From contig RSEE01000064.1 in assembly GCA_003971905.1 (NCBI GenBank), positions 124,001-188,000 of the forward strand: a stretch of 64,000 nt of DNA. Direction: 5' to 3'. The translations under genes and the position numbers were made by a program. The notes under the pieces are model-generated. The model searched no databases and was not told where the DNA came from. It saw nothing but the letters and a program-made list of their open reading frames with translations. Origin of the DNA: Moniliella sp. 'wahieum' (taxonomy: Eukaryota). This document shows, in pieces, positions 50,538-63,120 of the stretch; positions within the stretch are counted from its first letter, which is position 1, and each line of letters begins with the position of its first letter.

Positions 50538-53375
50538 ATGGCGGCTGCCTCCGCGTCTGCGCTTGCCGCAGCCCCTCCCCCCTCCTCTTCCTCCCCGCGC
50601 CCAGCAAAGCGCCTGCGCCCCCAACTCAGCTGCGACACGTGCCGTGCCAGCAAGCTCAAGTGCGTGCCCCCTCCCCCTTCCCCCCGCTCTCCCTGCTCGC
50701 TGACCTCGCCTGCCCCTCCCTCTCCTACCCCCCCCTCCCGCCAGGTGCGACCGCGAGTCCCCATCTGTGCCACCGCGCCCATGGCCGCTCACCCAACCAG
50801 TGCACCCGCAACGGCATCCCTGTCCTCCATGCACCCCAAGTGCGCCGTCGCACCGCCCCCGCCCCCCCGACGACCCCCCACGAGCCGCATCCCATCGGCC
50901 CTTTCCCCGCCTCCCCTCCGTCCCGCCCCCACCTTTGCCCCTGCCCCCTACCTTGCCCCAGTCTCCCATCCGCCCCCATCCCTGCCATCCGACTCCCCCG
51001 CCGCGCCCTCGCCTTCCTCCCGCGGCGATCGCAGCGCTGCTTCCGTTGGCTCCGACACGCACCACCCCCCTGGAGTCAACCGGGACCCAACCAGCACCAT
51101 TGCGCCCGTTAACATGACCCAGCCTACATCCGAACTTGCCTGTCGGGCACGCAGGCTGCTGCCCCCCCGGCTGGGCAGATGGAAGCTGTACTGGAACTGT
51201 ACTGGTCCAAAATATCTGTCGCTGCGCCCTCGTATGACCCACACCTGATGCTGCAACGCACACGCGACCTGTACCTTCTCCCCTTGGGAGAAGAGCCGGT
51301 GCAGGTGGGCAATTTGACCGGCATGACATTGCCCATGCTAGCGTGGCTGTGTGCTGCATGCTCTGCCGTCTTCCGCTTGGCTCAGCCCACCCGGCTGCTC
51401 ATCTGGGGGGTGGTGGACGATGCGTTTTGTGGCACGCAAAGCGTGTGAACTCAACACGCTTGCGCGCGAATGTCTCCGCCGAGCGGCGGCCGCGTTTGGG
51501 TGAAAAAGCGCTTTGCCCCATGCGTGGTTGCCCCGCTGCCTTGCTGCGTATTCAGGCGGGTGTGGCAATTGCCTTGGCAGCCTCGTGTGGCGCCCCAGCC
51601 CGGATGCAGTGAAGTGTTGGACGTAGCCATCCGCTGGGCCCGCCAAGCTGGACTGGACAAGATGGGCAAGATAAGCGAACGACCGCGCACGCTGCATGAG
51701 TACGAAAAGGCGGGATGTTGGCTGGCGTTGGTGTGTACCGACTGGCGTGCGGCTCCTTACATGGGCTGCTACACCATCTTCCCGCAAACCTTCTCGACCG
51801 AGTGGGACCTATCGATGGACGATTTAATTGAAGGCTATGCCCAGGCGGCCAAGACTGCGGGCCAAAAACGCAAGTTCTCTCGGATCTAAGCGAGGCGGAG
51901 CGCGCCCCCGAGGATGCGGATCAAGGGGCGGATGAGACCGAGGAAGCGGATGAGTTGCAAGAAGCGGACGAAGAACAGGAAGCGGATACGGCGCAGGAAA
52001 CCAACGAAGCTCCGACCGCTCGGAGCACATGTGGAGGCGTGGACGCCCATGCATCCATGTGGGTGTGGAAGTGGCAGATCCAGTTGGCCGACGAGGCGCG
52101 CAAGCTATGTGACTTGGGCGTGCACGATGCCTCACAACGGGTGAATGTGGGGTACGACAAGGTGGTGGAGCACGACCGGTGCTTGCAGCAGCAACTCTGC
52201 CAACGCCCTCCCGAGCTAAAGGTGGGCGAATGCAAGAAACAAGATCGAGAACCGGAGGTGCATGCTAAAGTGAAGCGCTTCCCCTGGCTGTTGATGCAAG
52301 CAGTTGCGATCACACTCCCATTACGCGCGATTCTTCTGTCGCTGCACATGCCTTATGTGCTGGGCGGGTACCAGGACTTGGCCCAGCCCGATTCGGGTCA
52401 AGCCTTGTCCATTACCGCCATGGAACAGAGTGTGCTCATTGTTCGTGCTGTCCAACGCGCTTCGACGAAGGACATTCTCCATCGTCAATGGTCTTTGCGA
52501 CACAGCCTTTTCAACGCCGGTCTTCTGCTCATTTGACCTTCTCCTGCGCACCTCCTCCCTCCTCGCCGCATCTACCCAGGCGGCGCATTCGGAACGCACT
52601 CCCTGGATGAAGAGGTAGCACTGGCGATCGAGTGCCTCGATGACTCTTCCTGGCGTCGCGGCCGGTCCGAGACGATCGACGTGCCGTGGGTGAACAACTC
52701 GGACTTCCCCTCGCACTGGGTCGCGACTGCTCAGGTTCCAATGGTGTGCCGGGTCCCATGGGAATGCAGCATTTTACCGGGGAACGACTGGAACGGTTAC
52801 TCGTTCTTGCCCTCAACCGGAACGGACAACAACAGGGCGATGGAGCACGCGCTGTGGATTCGTACATGCAAGCCTACACCACCGACCTCATCGGGCACCG
52901 TCGATCCATCCGCCGAGGCACGTCCCCTCTAGTATCTTACCTGCTGCACTTCGCTCCGTGCCTCGCGCCCAAGCGCTCGAATCTACTGCTCCCTCTACGG
53001 TCGACGTGTCTACCCTCGATCCAACTGCTACCACCTCTTCGTCCCATTGGTTCCCACCTCGGCTCCACCCGTTCCTCCCGCGTCCGATGAACCCCGGTTG
53101 GACTTACCACTGCCTCCTTCTTTCCCTCTTCGACCGGTTCCTACCGACTGGCCTACCGATTGGCCCCCGGAGCCGTCTGGGGCGCGACAAACGTCGCGAA
53201 TCTCTTGCAGTTTGCCGATTCCTCCACGGGCATTCCCGTCGACCAGATCCTCGCCGACCCGTTCCTGGTCAATTTGACCAACCGGAGTACCCCCATGTGT
53301 AACGATCTAACGGGGCAGTGGAATTGCAGCTGCTGGGCCGGTGAGCCGGTGAGGCGAGGCGTGTGTGGATCTTGA
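50538..53375 (+). CDS. Zn(II)2Cys6 fungal transcription factor; intron 50660-50744; many frameshifts; 3' end approximate
   Basis: KRLRPQLSCDTCRASKLK|CDR..ICAT(C)AHGRSPNQC after splicing and indel correction. The downstream region resembles a middle-homology region (AIRWARQAGL, CWLALVCTDW, LSLHMPY). Confidence 0.8.
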
Positions 53376-55226
53376 GTTATCGATTATCCAATGTATACTT
53401 TTGCTTGGTGTGATGTTAACGTCCGTTTTGTCTTGTTTGTGCTTTAGGACTTAGTCGAGATATAGATTGAGATAAAGAAGCATAGGGGGAGGAGGCCGCT
53501 TCAGTCGCTTTCGTTGATCATAGGAACACTTCTATCTTAGGGTATATTGACCCGCATGGGAAGAGTGGGCGAGGTTGCTTTGGTGGGACGGGAATCTGTA
53601 CCGAGTAGAGGACTTTATTAGGTAAATCATTACTCAGTACATATTGGCCGTCAACGTCGTCAACGTTCAACGTTCAACTCAGTTTTGAGAAGAAGGATCA
53701 GATCGATCAGATCGTCAGATTCATAATCTGAATTCAGGGGGTAGTATAGACGAAGACCGAACGCCAAGGTTTTGCTCAGAGGGGCCGTATCTTATAGGCG
53801 GAGTTAGGGCAACCTTAGCCCGGCCTTACGGGTACCGGTAATTGGTAAAGCCCTCTATAGAACGGCATTTCAGAAGGGCGATATGCTCGGTATCAGTCGG
53901 CAGAAAGGCGAAAAAGCCGCAGCACTCTAGTATTGTCAAGAGTTAATAAATCGGCTGAAATGGCCTGCACTTTTTACCTCAGCTGCCCCGTGACACGTTC
54001 CCAGCCACCCGCAGCCAGAGTATCGGTGATATTATTTGCCCTCTCCAGCGTGGAAGGGTTCCAGCGTGGAACGGTGGACCGGGGAACGGTGGCTACGGTG
54101 GCGATGGTGGGCCGGGGAACGGTGGCTAAGGTGGCGACCAAGTACCAAGCTGGGGCAGCTGACCGGGCCGTAGGCCCGGTGGTCTCCTCGTCTAACATAA
54201 AAGGGGAGGGGCAATACCTGACTATAATAGGCCCGACTAGTCCAGTGACTGTGACTAGAGTGACTAGTGACCAGTGACTAGTGACTAGAGACTGTGGTGC
54301 CTATGCTTTGGCCCGGTTCTTCCTGTAGTTACTAGCTTCTTTGACTTGTCATTTGACTAATCAGTACGTCACTATACTGAACTGTAGTCGCCTTAGCCCT
54401 CCCCCATGCTCCATGCCGCATTCTGCGTGTCATCGAGACGCATAAAATTCCATTCATTTTGGACACGACGGTGCTGCGACACTCGCCCTTCAACAGCCAC
54501 TCAGGTCGACAGATAGTACAGCGGGGCTTTCAGTCTATAGCACACAGGTTCTTGTTGTTCCGGTTACCCCAACGAGATGGAGAAGAGGTGGAGGCAAGTT
54601 TGATTATTGGTCAATTCAGAGGCATAGAAGAGATATGTACTACTTGTTCCTTAGTTTGATATGCGGGTTTAGTGATAATCCTCTCGCTCATCTTTCGTCA
54701 TCATGCATCAACGTGCATTGTTTGATTCCCCTATCCTCTTTCTCATCTCGGTAGGGACTACACGAACCCTTTCGCGTATCAGCCTTCAGCCTCAGAGCGC
54801 TCAGTGGCTCAGCTTGTCGTGTGCTGCTGTCGCTTGCTGGAAGAATCAACTGGATTTCCTGGCAACGGAGGCAAGAAAAGCAGGGGCATTCCGTGCAATG
54901 GCCTCAGTTGTTTGAAGTCCTGGTAAGCGCCAAGCAAGGCTAATGCGCGTCAAGCTTCAAGAGAGATCCAAATGGATTCGGACCTGCTACAGTGTATACG
55001 TATACCCAGTCCAGAGGCTGAAGCGCGGAAGCAGGCGACTGAGAGGCCTCGGACTGCGATGAGGCACGAGCAGGCTCCCTCATGGAAACAAGGCAATATT
55101 GACCCGACTGGGGGACCACAGCCCCACCAGCCTGGCACACCCGAGCCAAAAAGTCTGCCGAAGCGCAGCGCCACGGTTACTACATGCTGGATACCCACGC
55201 GGGGCCCAACAGGGCCCACCCAGAGG

Positions 55227-55957
55227 CTAGCGCCGCACCGCTTCACTGTGGTCTCCGCGCTCCCATGGCTGCAATGGCCAAGGTGTGCGGAGTCCCGTCA
55301 ATATCAATGCGTCACTGCACCAGGAGCATCTTGCCGGGCGGCGGGGCGAGTAGAAGACGTGTGTATGGGCCAAGGCGGGCAGAGAACGCAGGTCGGGGAA
55401 GCGGCGCTCGAGCTCGGCAAACACGTGTGCGGCGAGGTCGCTAAAGCGGGAGATGGGCAGGTTGGCTAGCTTTTGGCGAGCATGGCTGCGCTTGGGATGC
55501 AAGTCGTGGTGGGGCGGGAGCACGAGAGGCGAGGGCAGGAGGCGGCGCAGGTGCTCGTCGTACACGTCGGTGGAGAGCTCGGCCAACTGCTGGCGGCTGA
55601 GACGGGCGAGCTTTTCGCGCGCCCTGGAGCAGCCGACGCGTTCGGCTGGCAGAAGGTGGGCCGTCAGTGGCGCGAAAGGGCAGGGGCGAAAGGGCAGGGG
55701 GCGAAAGGGCAGGGGGCGAAAGGGCGGGGGGCGAAAGGGCAGGGGGCGAAAGGGCAGGGGGCGAAAGGGCAGGGGGCGAAAGGGCAGGGGGAGAGGAGGG
55801 GACATACGCCGGTCGAGGTGGTGGTGGAGGAAGTGGTAGAGAGGGCGTGGTAATGGACCTGGGCGAGACGGTGTAGGGCGTCGTGGTCGGGAGCGACGTC
55901 GGGGGCGGGCCTGGCGGACACGGCGGACACAGCGGACGCGTCGTCGACGGTCTGCAT
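55227..55957 (-). CDS. Spa2/GIT SHD-domain protein (short); intron 55646-55807; 3' end uncertain
   Basis: Two SHD repeats, RAREKLARLSRQQLAELSTDVYDEHLRR and HARQKLANLPISRFSDLAAHVFAELERRFP, linked by LPPHHDLHPKR. Intron is GTATGT..CAG. Confidence 0.85.
55671..55790. repeat. 15-nt minisatellite (GGCGAAAGGGCAGGG)n, 8 copies, intronic
   Basis: Directly visible; lies within the predicted intron of the Spa2-like gene. Confidence 0.93.
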
Positions 55958-58900
55958 GGCGCCAACGGCCAAAGGAAGGAGGCGTGTGTGCTACCCAGTG
56001 GTGGGGGCAGCGGCGCAAACAGGCAGCTCAAGCCCTTGGCTTGTGGCCTTCCGGGCTTGTCCGAGCCAACAGGCGGAACCAGTCGGAAGGGCGCGTCGCT
56101 AGCCGAGTGCCCTCAGCTCAGCCGTCCATCTTCCTCCCCTTGGCCCTTGGGCTTCTCACGCTTGGGGCGGACGGGTCCCCTGCTCTCGCGTCGCCCCCGC
56201 GCTGCGGAGCCTGGATGGTTCATGCGCTGCTCATGTGGAGGTGCCTATGCTGCACAGTCAGAATTGAAAAAAGAAGGAGGATATGCCTGTGACATGTGAC
56301 ACGGACGAAGAGCTTATGGTCAAGCATGGCCGGGGGGGATAGGATACGAAGCGTACAACAGGATAACATGTAACACCACAGAGAAGAGTAAGGCTGCTGA
56401 ACTTCTGACCCTTTGCAAGACTTCAGCTGTCAGAGAACTCAGGCTGGTGATTGGTAAGCCTCACTGCTCCACTCGTAGGTACCCCGTCAGCTCTCAATCT
56501 CGTGGACACACACATGGTCCAAGATGTAGATGCGTTGGTGTGTTGCCGCGACTGCACTGCTGCGACCCCCACTCATCATGCAGATGACGTTGTTTTTGGC
56601 GCATCGGCCTATCCGTTGGAAGAGGTCGTCACTCACCCATTGTCGTGGCCTGAGTAGATCCCTGAGAGAGGCCTGAGGCTCAGGCCTGAGGCATTGACGA
56701 TCGTCGGCGATATGATAATGATTAACGAGAGGCCTCTGAGGGTGTGATAACTTTGGTCTTAAGAGATGGCTCCGCGCTCCCCCGCGATTTCCCCCCCCTG
56801 CCATGGTTCGGAGAACTGAGGGTTAGGCTTTGGAGCTGGAAGAGCTGGAAGGGCCTGTGATGCATGTGAGATGTGGGAACGTGACGCGTGACGCATGAAC
56901 CTAAGAAGCTGTTGGGCGACAAGTGAGGCCGGTGACTACGACTGTGGTGAGAGGGCCGGTGAGCCCGATGTCGATGGCGTGTGACATGCATGTGACATGC
57001 GATCCCCCGCGTGACGTGTGACATGTGACGCGTGACGCGTGACGGGCGAGGCAGTCGGCGCCCGGCGAGCCGGTGGGATCGGAACCCCCCCGGAGGCACA
57101 ACACGTGTGGGGGTTTTGTACGCAATGTGGCGCTGTGGGTCGCCAGGGGTCCCTGGGGGCCTCACCGGTGAGCCGGTCATCCTCGAGGCCGGTGACCGGT
57201 GGGGGAGTCGACAGGAGAGATGAACCGCTCAAAATGCACTCGAGCCGAATTACAGAGCCCACATAATATCCGTCATGTTGGCCGAAAATGCATATAGGGT
57301 GCGACTATGTAGCTTTTTGAGATCTTTTCAAGGTTCAGTGTTCAGTGAGTGCGAAGCTAGCGAAGCTAGTGAAGAGGCCAGTTCTAGTGACTAGTGGCTA
57401 GTGTGGGGCCGAGGCCTGATCCTGAGGCTTGGTGAGGGATCGATGAGGAAGACCTGAGGTGTGTCGAGCACAGCTCGTTGTGCAGTGGCGTTCTCGCGCT
57501 TGCTTTGCGTTCATATTTCAGTCAACACACGCGCCCCCTGGCGTTCGTGCCATCGTGCCTGCACGTCCATCCAAGTAGGCGCCATCTCAGTGTGGTCTGC
57601 CAGAGTCGCCATGCGCCGCGGGGTCCATACTCCTCCTGTGGCTCTACATCCCCTCAGCTGTCCCACCTTGTCCATATCGCCCCCCGCACTTTGATCCACT
57701 TGGCTCGCGGCGGCGAACCTGCCGGAGCGCGGTCTCATTCGTTCCTCCCACCCGCGCTTGCGACAGCGAGAGCCGGCGGCGGCGTTAAGCCTTAAGCGCC
57801 GGGTGCGCGTTACTAGTAACTAGCGCTGAGACGCTGATCAATCGCTGACCATCGATCATCGATCATGTTTTGTGTCCCTGAGAGATGGGATGTCGATGAG
57901 ATGCATGGCAGTCGCATGGCGGGGCGCCGTGTCCGGGTGACCGGTGACCGTTCCCGAAGAAAATCGATGATTTATGTGGTCGATGAGGTCGATGACGCAT
58001 CGATGACGCCCGGGATATCCCGACGAACTATAGCCATGCCCCCAGCGGGGTCTGGCCTCGACCTTCCTATCGCCCTCGGGCACCTCCACACAGGCCTCGG
58101 CCCTCGACCCGGCGCGCAGAACGTATGGAAGTATGTCTTGGTCTTGGGTCGTTCGGGCGGCCGGTGCATGGCGGGCCAAATGCGTAGGTGGAACGGGGCC
58201 GTTGGAAGAGGACATGCATGATGCATGATGCATCGACCTTGGGTACTCAGTGCCTCGCCAGCCTCGCTTCCCCACACGCCCCGCGTCACGCGTCACACAC
58301 GTCACACACACAAATGCGGGGTGCGTACTGCGTGTTGCAGGCAACTATGCGCGGTGCACGGCACGTCACGCGTCACCGGTGAACGTGCGCTGATGCTGCT
58401 CGAGGGCAGGAGGGCAGTGCATCTTTGTCTGTTGAGACGTTGGGGTCCGCCGGCCCTCAGAGCACCAGGCCACAGGCGGCCTAAACTCCTCAAAGAGGCC
58501 GAGGGCGAGACCAACCGGGTGAACTTATACCCGGGCATAGTCCCGTCGCCCCGAAGCGTGCGGTGATCGGCTGAGACTTGTGGGGGTGTGGGGTAAAACC
58601 CTGGCCCCGCCACCGTGTCCCTGGGTGTTGTACCTCGTCTGGTCCGTGTTACATGCAGGAGATACGTATTCTCATCCATCTCAGATATCGGAAGATCTCA
58701 GCGATCTCAGCCCAGATATCCCCACCGCTGCTCCCAAGCCGATCGCGTACGAGGAAAGGCACAAACCTGGGAGCTGTGCGATGGCAATTATGCCCTAAAT
58801 CTCCGGTGATGACCATGCTCAGGCCCTCAGTCCTCAGGAGCCTCAGGCTACACTCTATCAAATCTCAGTACTCAGTACTCAGTGAGTACTCAGTACTCCG

Positions 58901-59957
58901 TGTACTCATGCAACCCATGTAGGCCGTATCCAATTCGGCATCCCCCGCCGTGTCCCACCGTTGGTCTGCTGCAATCGACAATCGCTCTTCAAGCTAGCTT
59001 CAAGCTTCAAGCTTCACACAGTCACACGCCCTCTCCCCTGCTTGCGCTCGCGCCTCCTTTCTCAGTCGGCTGTGTGGGCCAAAGCGTGACGATCGTCAGT
59101 GCCGTCAGTGACTACACCGGCTAGTGACTACTGACTAATAATAGTGACTGACAGCCTCTCGCGCTCCTCAGATCGTGCCCTCCAGGAAGCAATATCTGGA
59201 AGACACCTTAGGCCTTAGGGAGGGAGCCGAGCTTAGGCTATCGACTATCGGTGCCACACTACCCTCTCGTCACTAATTCACTAGTCACTAGTCACTGGTC
59301 ACCGGTCACTCCAAGTCACTATTATTGCGGACGGGTGGGTATAGTGACCGCACCATATCCTAAAACGAATATTATTCGCGCAACACTGTGCCTGCAGGTG
59401 CATACATGTCGCAAACGAGCAAGCCTTTCTCCACACTCGCCCCACTGCGAGTCTCAGTTGTCCACAAAAAATCTTGGTTATCGTTTTGCGAGGCACACCC
59501 TTCAAGCTTCAACTCTTCAAGGTTCACACGTCACGCATCATGCACATCGTTATGTCCATCCCCCACATCATGCATCATGCATTATGCTCCCAACGCAGTT
59601 GCCAGAGCACCAGGGCACAAGCGATCGCTTGGAGGCAGTATATGGCCTTGAAGCTTGATGCATGATGGCCATAATATCCTCAAGCTGGCCCCCTGGCCTT
59701 CTGGTGCATGATCACATATGAGCCAGCAGTGTGGGGGGAGATTATGCATGCCTGTGCCCTTCAAAAAGAGCCCCCCCCCTTCGCCCGCATCCCTTTATAC
59801 CCCCCACCCACCTTTCCTCCCTCTCTGTCACTCTAGGCCCGCCGTCGCCCCTCGCCAGCCCCCCTCCCACATCCCACCTCTTTCTCTCAACCAACACCTC
59901 CCAACCTTTTCGCTGTTCTCCACCCCGTTTCGTCTAACCCGCCTCCGACTTTCCGTG

Positions 59958-61936
59958 ATGAAGAAGTTTGAGTTGCCGCAAGCGGCTGCCTGGCGGGTAG
60001 TGCCCAGCGAGGCCTTTAACCGCCATTACCTCTTTTCCGCCTTGACATTTGGTCTGCTCGGCCTGGCGCGCGGGCTGGACGAAGGTGTGATCTCGTCGCA
60101 GGTGCTGATGCCGTCCTTTATCCGTGACTATGGAGTGGAGCCCAAATCGAATGCGCAGAGCAACGTGACCTCCATGGTTCAGATTGGATGTGTGGCCGGG
60201 TCGCTGCTGGTTGGTACACGAGCGATCGACTAGGCCGTGTACGGAGTTGCCAGATCACCTGCTTCTTCTGGGTCTTGGGCGCCGTCATCTGGATGGCTAG
60301 TCCAGGGCGGCTGGGTCAACTGTACGCTGGTCGGTTCATCACTGGTATTGGTGTCGGTGGCACCGCGGTCTGTGGACCAACCTACCTCGCTGAAGTGGCT
60401 CCCAGAAGCCTCCGTGGTAGTTTGATTGGCGTCGGTCTTTTCTCGGGCAATGTGTACCTCGGCACCTTCCTTGGCTACTGTGCCAACCTAGGCGTTCAGC
60501 GCCATGTTAGCGATGATTCGCGCAACCAGTACCTGATCCCCACCAGCCTCAACGTCATTTTTGGTGGCTTGTTCTTCTTGGCCACCTTCTTTATTCTGGA
60601 AAGGTACGGAATAATACTCGCGTTAATTGGATGTGGGGGTTTGAAAATGGGGGACACGCTACTAACTCGTCCTCGTCCTTCTTGTCTGTCTACTGTCCAT
60701 GTGTTGGTTTGCCTTACCCAGCCCCCGTTGGCTTGCTAAGAAACACCGTGAGGAGGAAGCGTACGCCAACATGCTCAAGCTCCGTCAACTTCGTCCCGAA
60801 CATCCGTATCTCCGCAACGAATGGAAGCCATTCTGGAATCGATTCGGGTGGAAGAAGAGGCACGGGGAGCTACTGCGCTGGTACCACTCTATTCTTGCCC
60901 TCTTCCAATCCTCGGAGAACATCTACATTATCTGCTGCACCATCGGCGCCCAAGTATGGGGCCAATTTAGTGGCGCCGGCAGCATTTCGGTTTACGCACC
61001 GCAGTTGTTCCAGATGGTCTCGGGCAAACCCAGCACCAAAAGATTAACCCTTCCACCACCGTGGTCTTGGGGCTGTCAGCTCGTGTTTGCCCTTGCCTCG
61101 CCCCTCTTCTTCTTGGACCGGTACGGACGCAAAGCGGTGGCGATGACTGGGATTGTGTGCCAAGCCTCGGCCATGCTCTACATTGCCATTTACCTCCGCG
61201 TCTCGTCGGGAGATGATGAATCGGCTTCCAAGCGGCACGGTGGTGTTGCTGCCATTGTGGCCCTGTTCGTCGGGGGAGCCTCCTGGGCAGGCGGCATCAA
61301 CTCGATCCAGTACGTATACAATCTGTCTCTTCCCTTCTGTTTATTCGCTGGGAGCTGTGTGTGACAGGCAAAAGGCAAAGAAGAACGGGTTTTGTTCTGA
61401 CGAGAGGGGTTCTTCTTTTTTTCCCCTACAGGTACCAACTCGGGCCCGAGTACCTTGGCGTCACGGTGCGTAGCCTGGGCACGATGATGTCGATGGCGGT
61501 GCACTTTATCTGTCAATTTGGCGTTCGCGCGCCGTTAATCCGATGATTGCTCGATGGCGCGCATGGGGGTTGTTCCTGTTTTGGTCGATGGAGAGTTGCG
61601 TATGCCTTTCTTGGCCTGGTTCTTTTTGCCCGAATCGGCGGGCTGGAGCTTGAAGAGATGAGCACCCCTGTTTTCCGGTCCGTGGTACAAGATTGGCTGG
61701 AAACCAACGTCCCTTTAAGGAGGGTGTCGGTTGAGGAGGAAAATAAGATTGCCGACGAAGACTTCCCTTATAGGACGATGGAAGACAAGACTTCCACACC
61801 GATTGGGGGCGTGGTTACTCGCGATGATGACATTCAAGCCCAAGAACCCGCTTTGCAGTACTCCGCTGCACCTCAAATCCACTTGGCCGGCGAGCCAAGC
61901 GACGACAAGAAGGACGATGAGATCAAGAAGGCTTGA
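59958..61936 (+). CDS. MFS sugar-porter family transporter (quinate permease-like); introns 60604-60721 and 61310-61431
   Basis: Motifs ARGLDEG, SDRLGR, LYAGRFITGIGVG, PTYLAEVAPRSLRG, ESPRWL (after splicing), GQFSGAGSISVYAP and LDRYGRK. Confidence 0.9.
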
Positions 61937-62233
61937 TCTCGATCTCGTTCCTCCCCCTCTCACACTCTTTCAAAGAGTCCACATAGTATAACGAACGCCT
62001 CTGAGATTTGATGTGTAAATTTACCCCTCTGTTCCGTCCCTTTGCTCTCTAGCCACTGTAGTAGTCTGGAGTGAAAAGGCATCCCTCCCTCATGAATCTC
62101 TTCACCTTAAGCTGTTGATCTGCCTCGGTCGAACCCACTAGGGGCGGTATCCCACTCAAAGAGACGAAGGAGAGGGGATCATTTGGGGTTAATTTAGGTA
62201 ACCGTAGCATCGCATCCCCAACCAAAGCTGCGC

Positions 62234-63120
62234 TCAGGCTTGCGGGTAAGGAGGCAACCCCCACTCTGGTTTAAAGTCGAGCATGGAGGTGAGAGTTTGG
62301 TGGGGCGCATCCGGGTCGGAAGGCGAGCCAGGCAGACGGTCATGGTGGATCTTAAGCAGCTCTGCATCTGGGATCCACACCACTTTCATTCCAGCCCTCC
62401 GGCCGCCGTCACGCCCGGTCGGCCATCCTCAAAGACAGCAGCTCCTCCCCACCAAGGAGGGTACCGTCGTACTGCGCACCGGGCTGGCGTACGCGCGCTT
62501 CCCACTCTGCTACTTCAGCCGGGGTAGAGCCCAACGCTTCGCGTGCAGCAACGAGGAAAATGTCCGGGTTGGGCTTGCGCGCTCCACACGTGCATCGTCC
62601 CCCGTACATAATGCGTGCCAAACAGCTCAAACAGTTGCGCATTGGCCGCCTTTTGATCTCGAACGCTTTGCGCTGGCTGGACGTGGCAATCGCAAGGGCA
62701 CCCCGCTGGCTTGAGGTGGAATCAACTTGATCACCCCAGGGAGCGGACGGACGTTGTGGAACTCTTCTTGGATCAACACCGCGCGTTGGGCTAGGAAACT
62801 GTCAATCGTAAACGGGCAGGCATCCTGGTCGAACGCTCTTCTTTCCCCTCGCGAGGCGGCCAGATGCGCAAAGAGAATGGTCACAGCCACGCGGTCGGGG
62901 GTACCCATCAGCTTGGCTTTGATCTCCCACGTTTGTTCCTTCCCATACGGACGCAGCAACTTGTTCACCACCACCGTGTAGGCGTCCTCGGAATTGAGCA
63001 GCAGCCCGTCCATCTGCGCGCTGGGTCAGCCTCGGCGCGGTCGCAGCAAGGGGGGAGGGGACGGACATCAAAGAGACACGCCTGAATGGGCGCCTTGACA
63101 GCGGGCAGATTGGAGGCCAT
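62234..63120 (-). CDS. HAD-superfamily hydrolase, HDHD1/pseudouridine-5'-phosphatase-like; intron 63014-63066
   Basis: Spliced motif I ACLFDMDGLLLNSE, then WEIKAKLMG, PLPGV, KPNPDIFLVAA, LVFEDG and AGMKVVWIPD; C-terminus LDFKPEWGLPPY. Confidence 0.88.

Noticed and set aside
50268..51359. Long Gly/Arg-rich antisense ORFs (also 7528-8484, 8833-9732, 35651-36919)
   Set aside because: They are shadows of real genes on the opposite strand in high-GC DNA and show no recognisable motifs.
53519..53540. CATAGGAACACTTCTAT resembling U3 snoRNA box A
   Set aside because: It has mismatches in the box, and I could not find correctly spaced B, C and D boxes. An Rfam/Infernal search would be needed.
55671..55790. 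Possible CRISPR-like array (also considered 6407-6475, 15272-15345 and 39454-39497)
   Set aside because: These are head-to-tail repeats with no unique spacers, no cas genes and a eukaryotic context.
504..63120. Frameshifts in most genes suggesting mass pseudogenisation or programmed frameshifting
   Set aside because: They also affect essential, otherwise well-conserved genes (RPN11, LSG1, UTP25) and are mostly small indels, often at homopolymers. This is typical of unpolished long-read assembly error.
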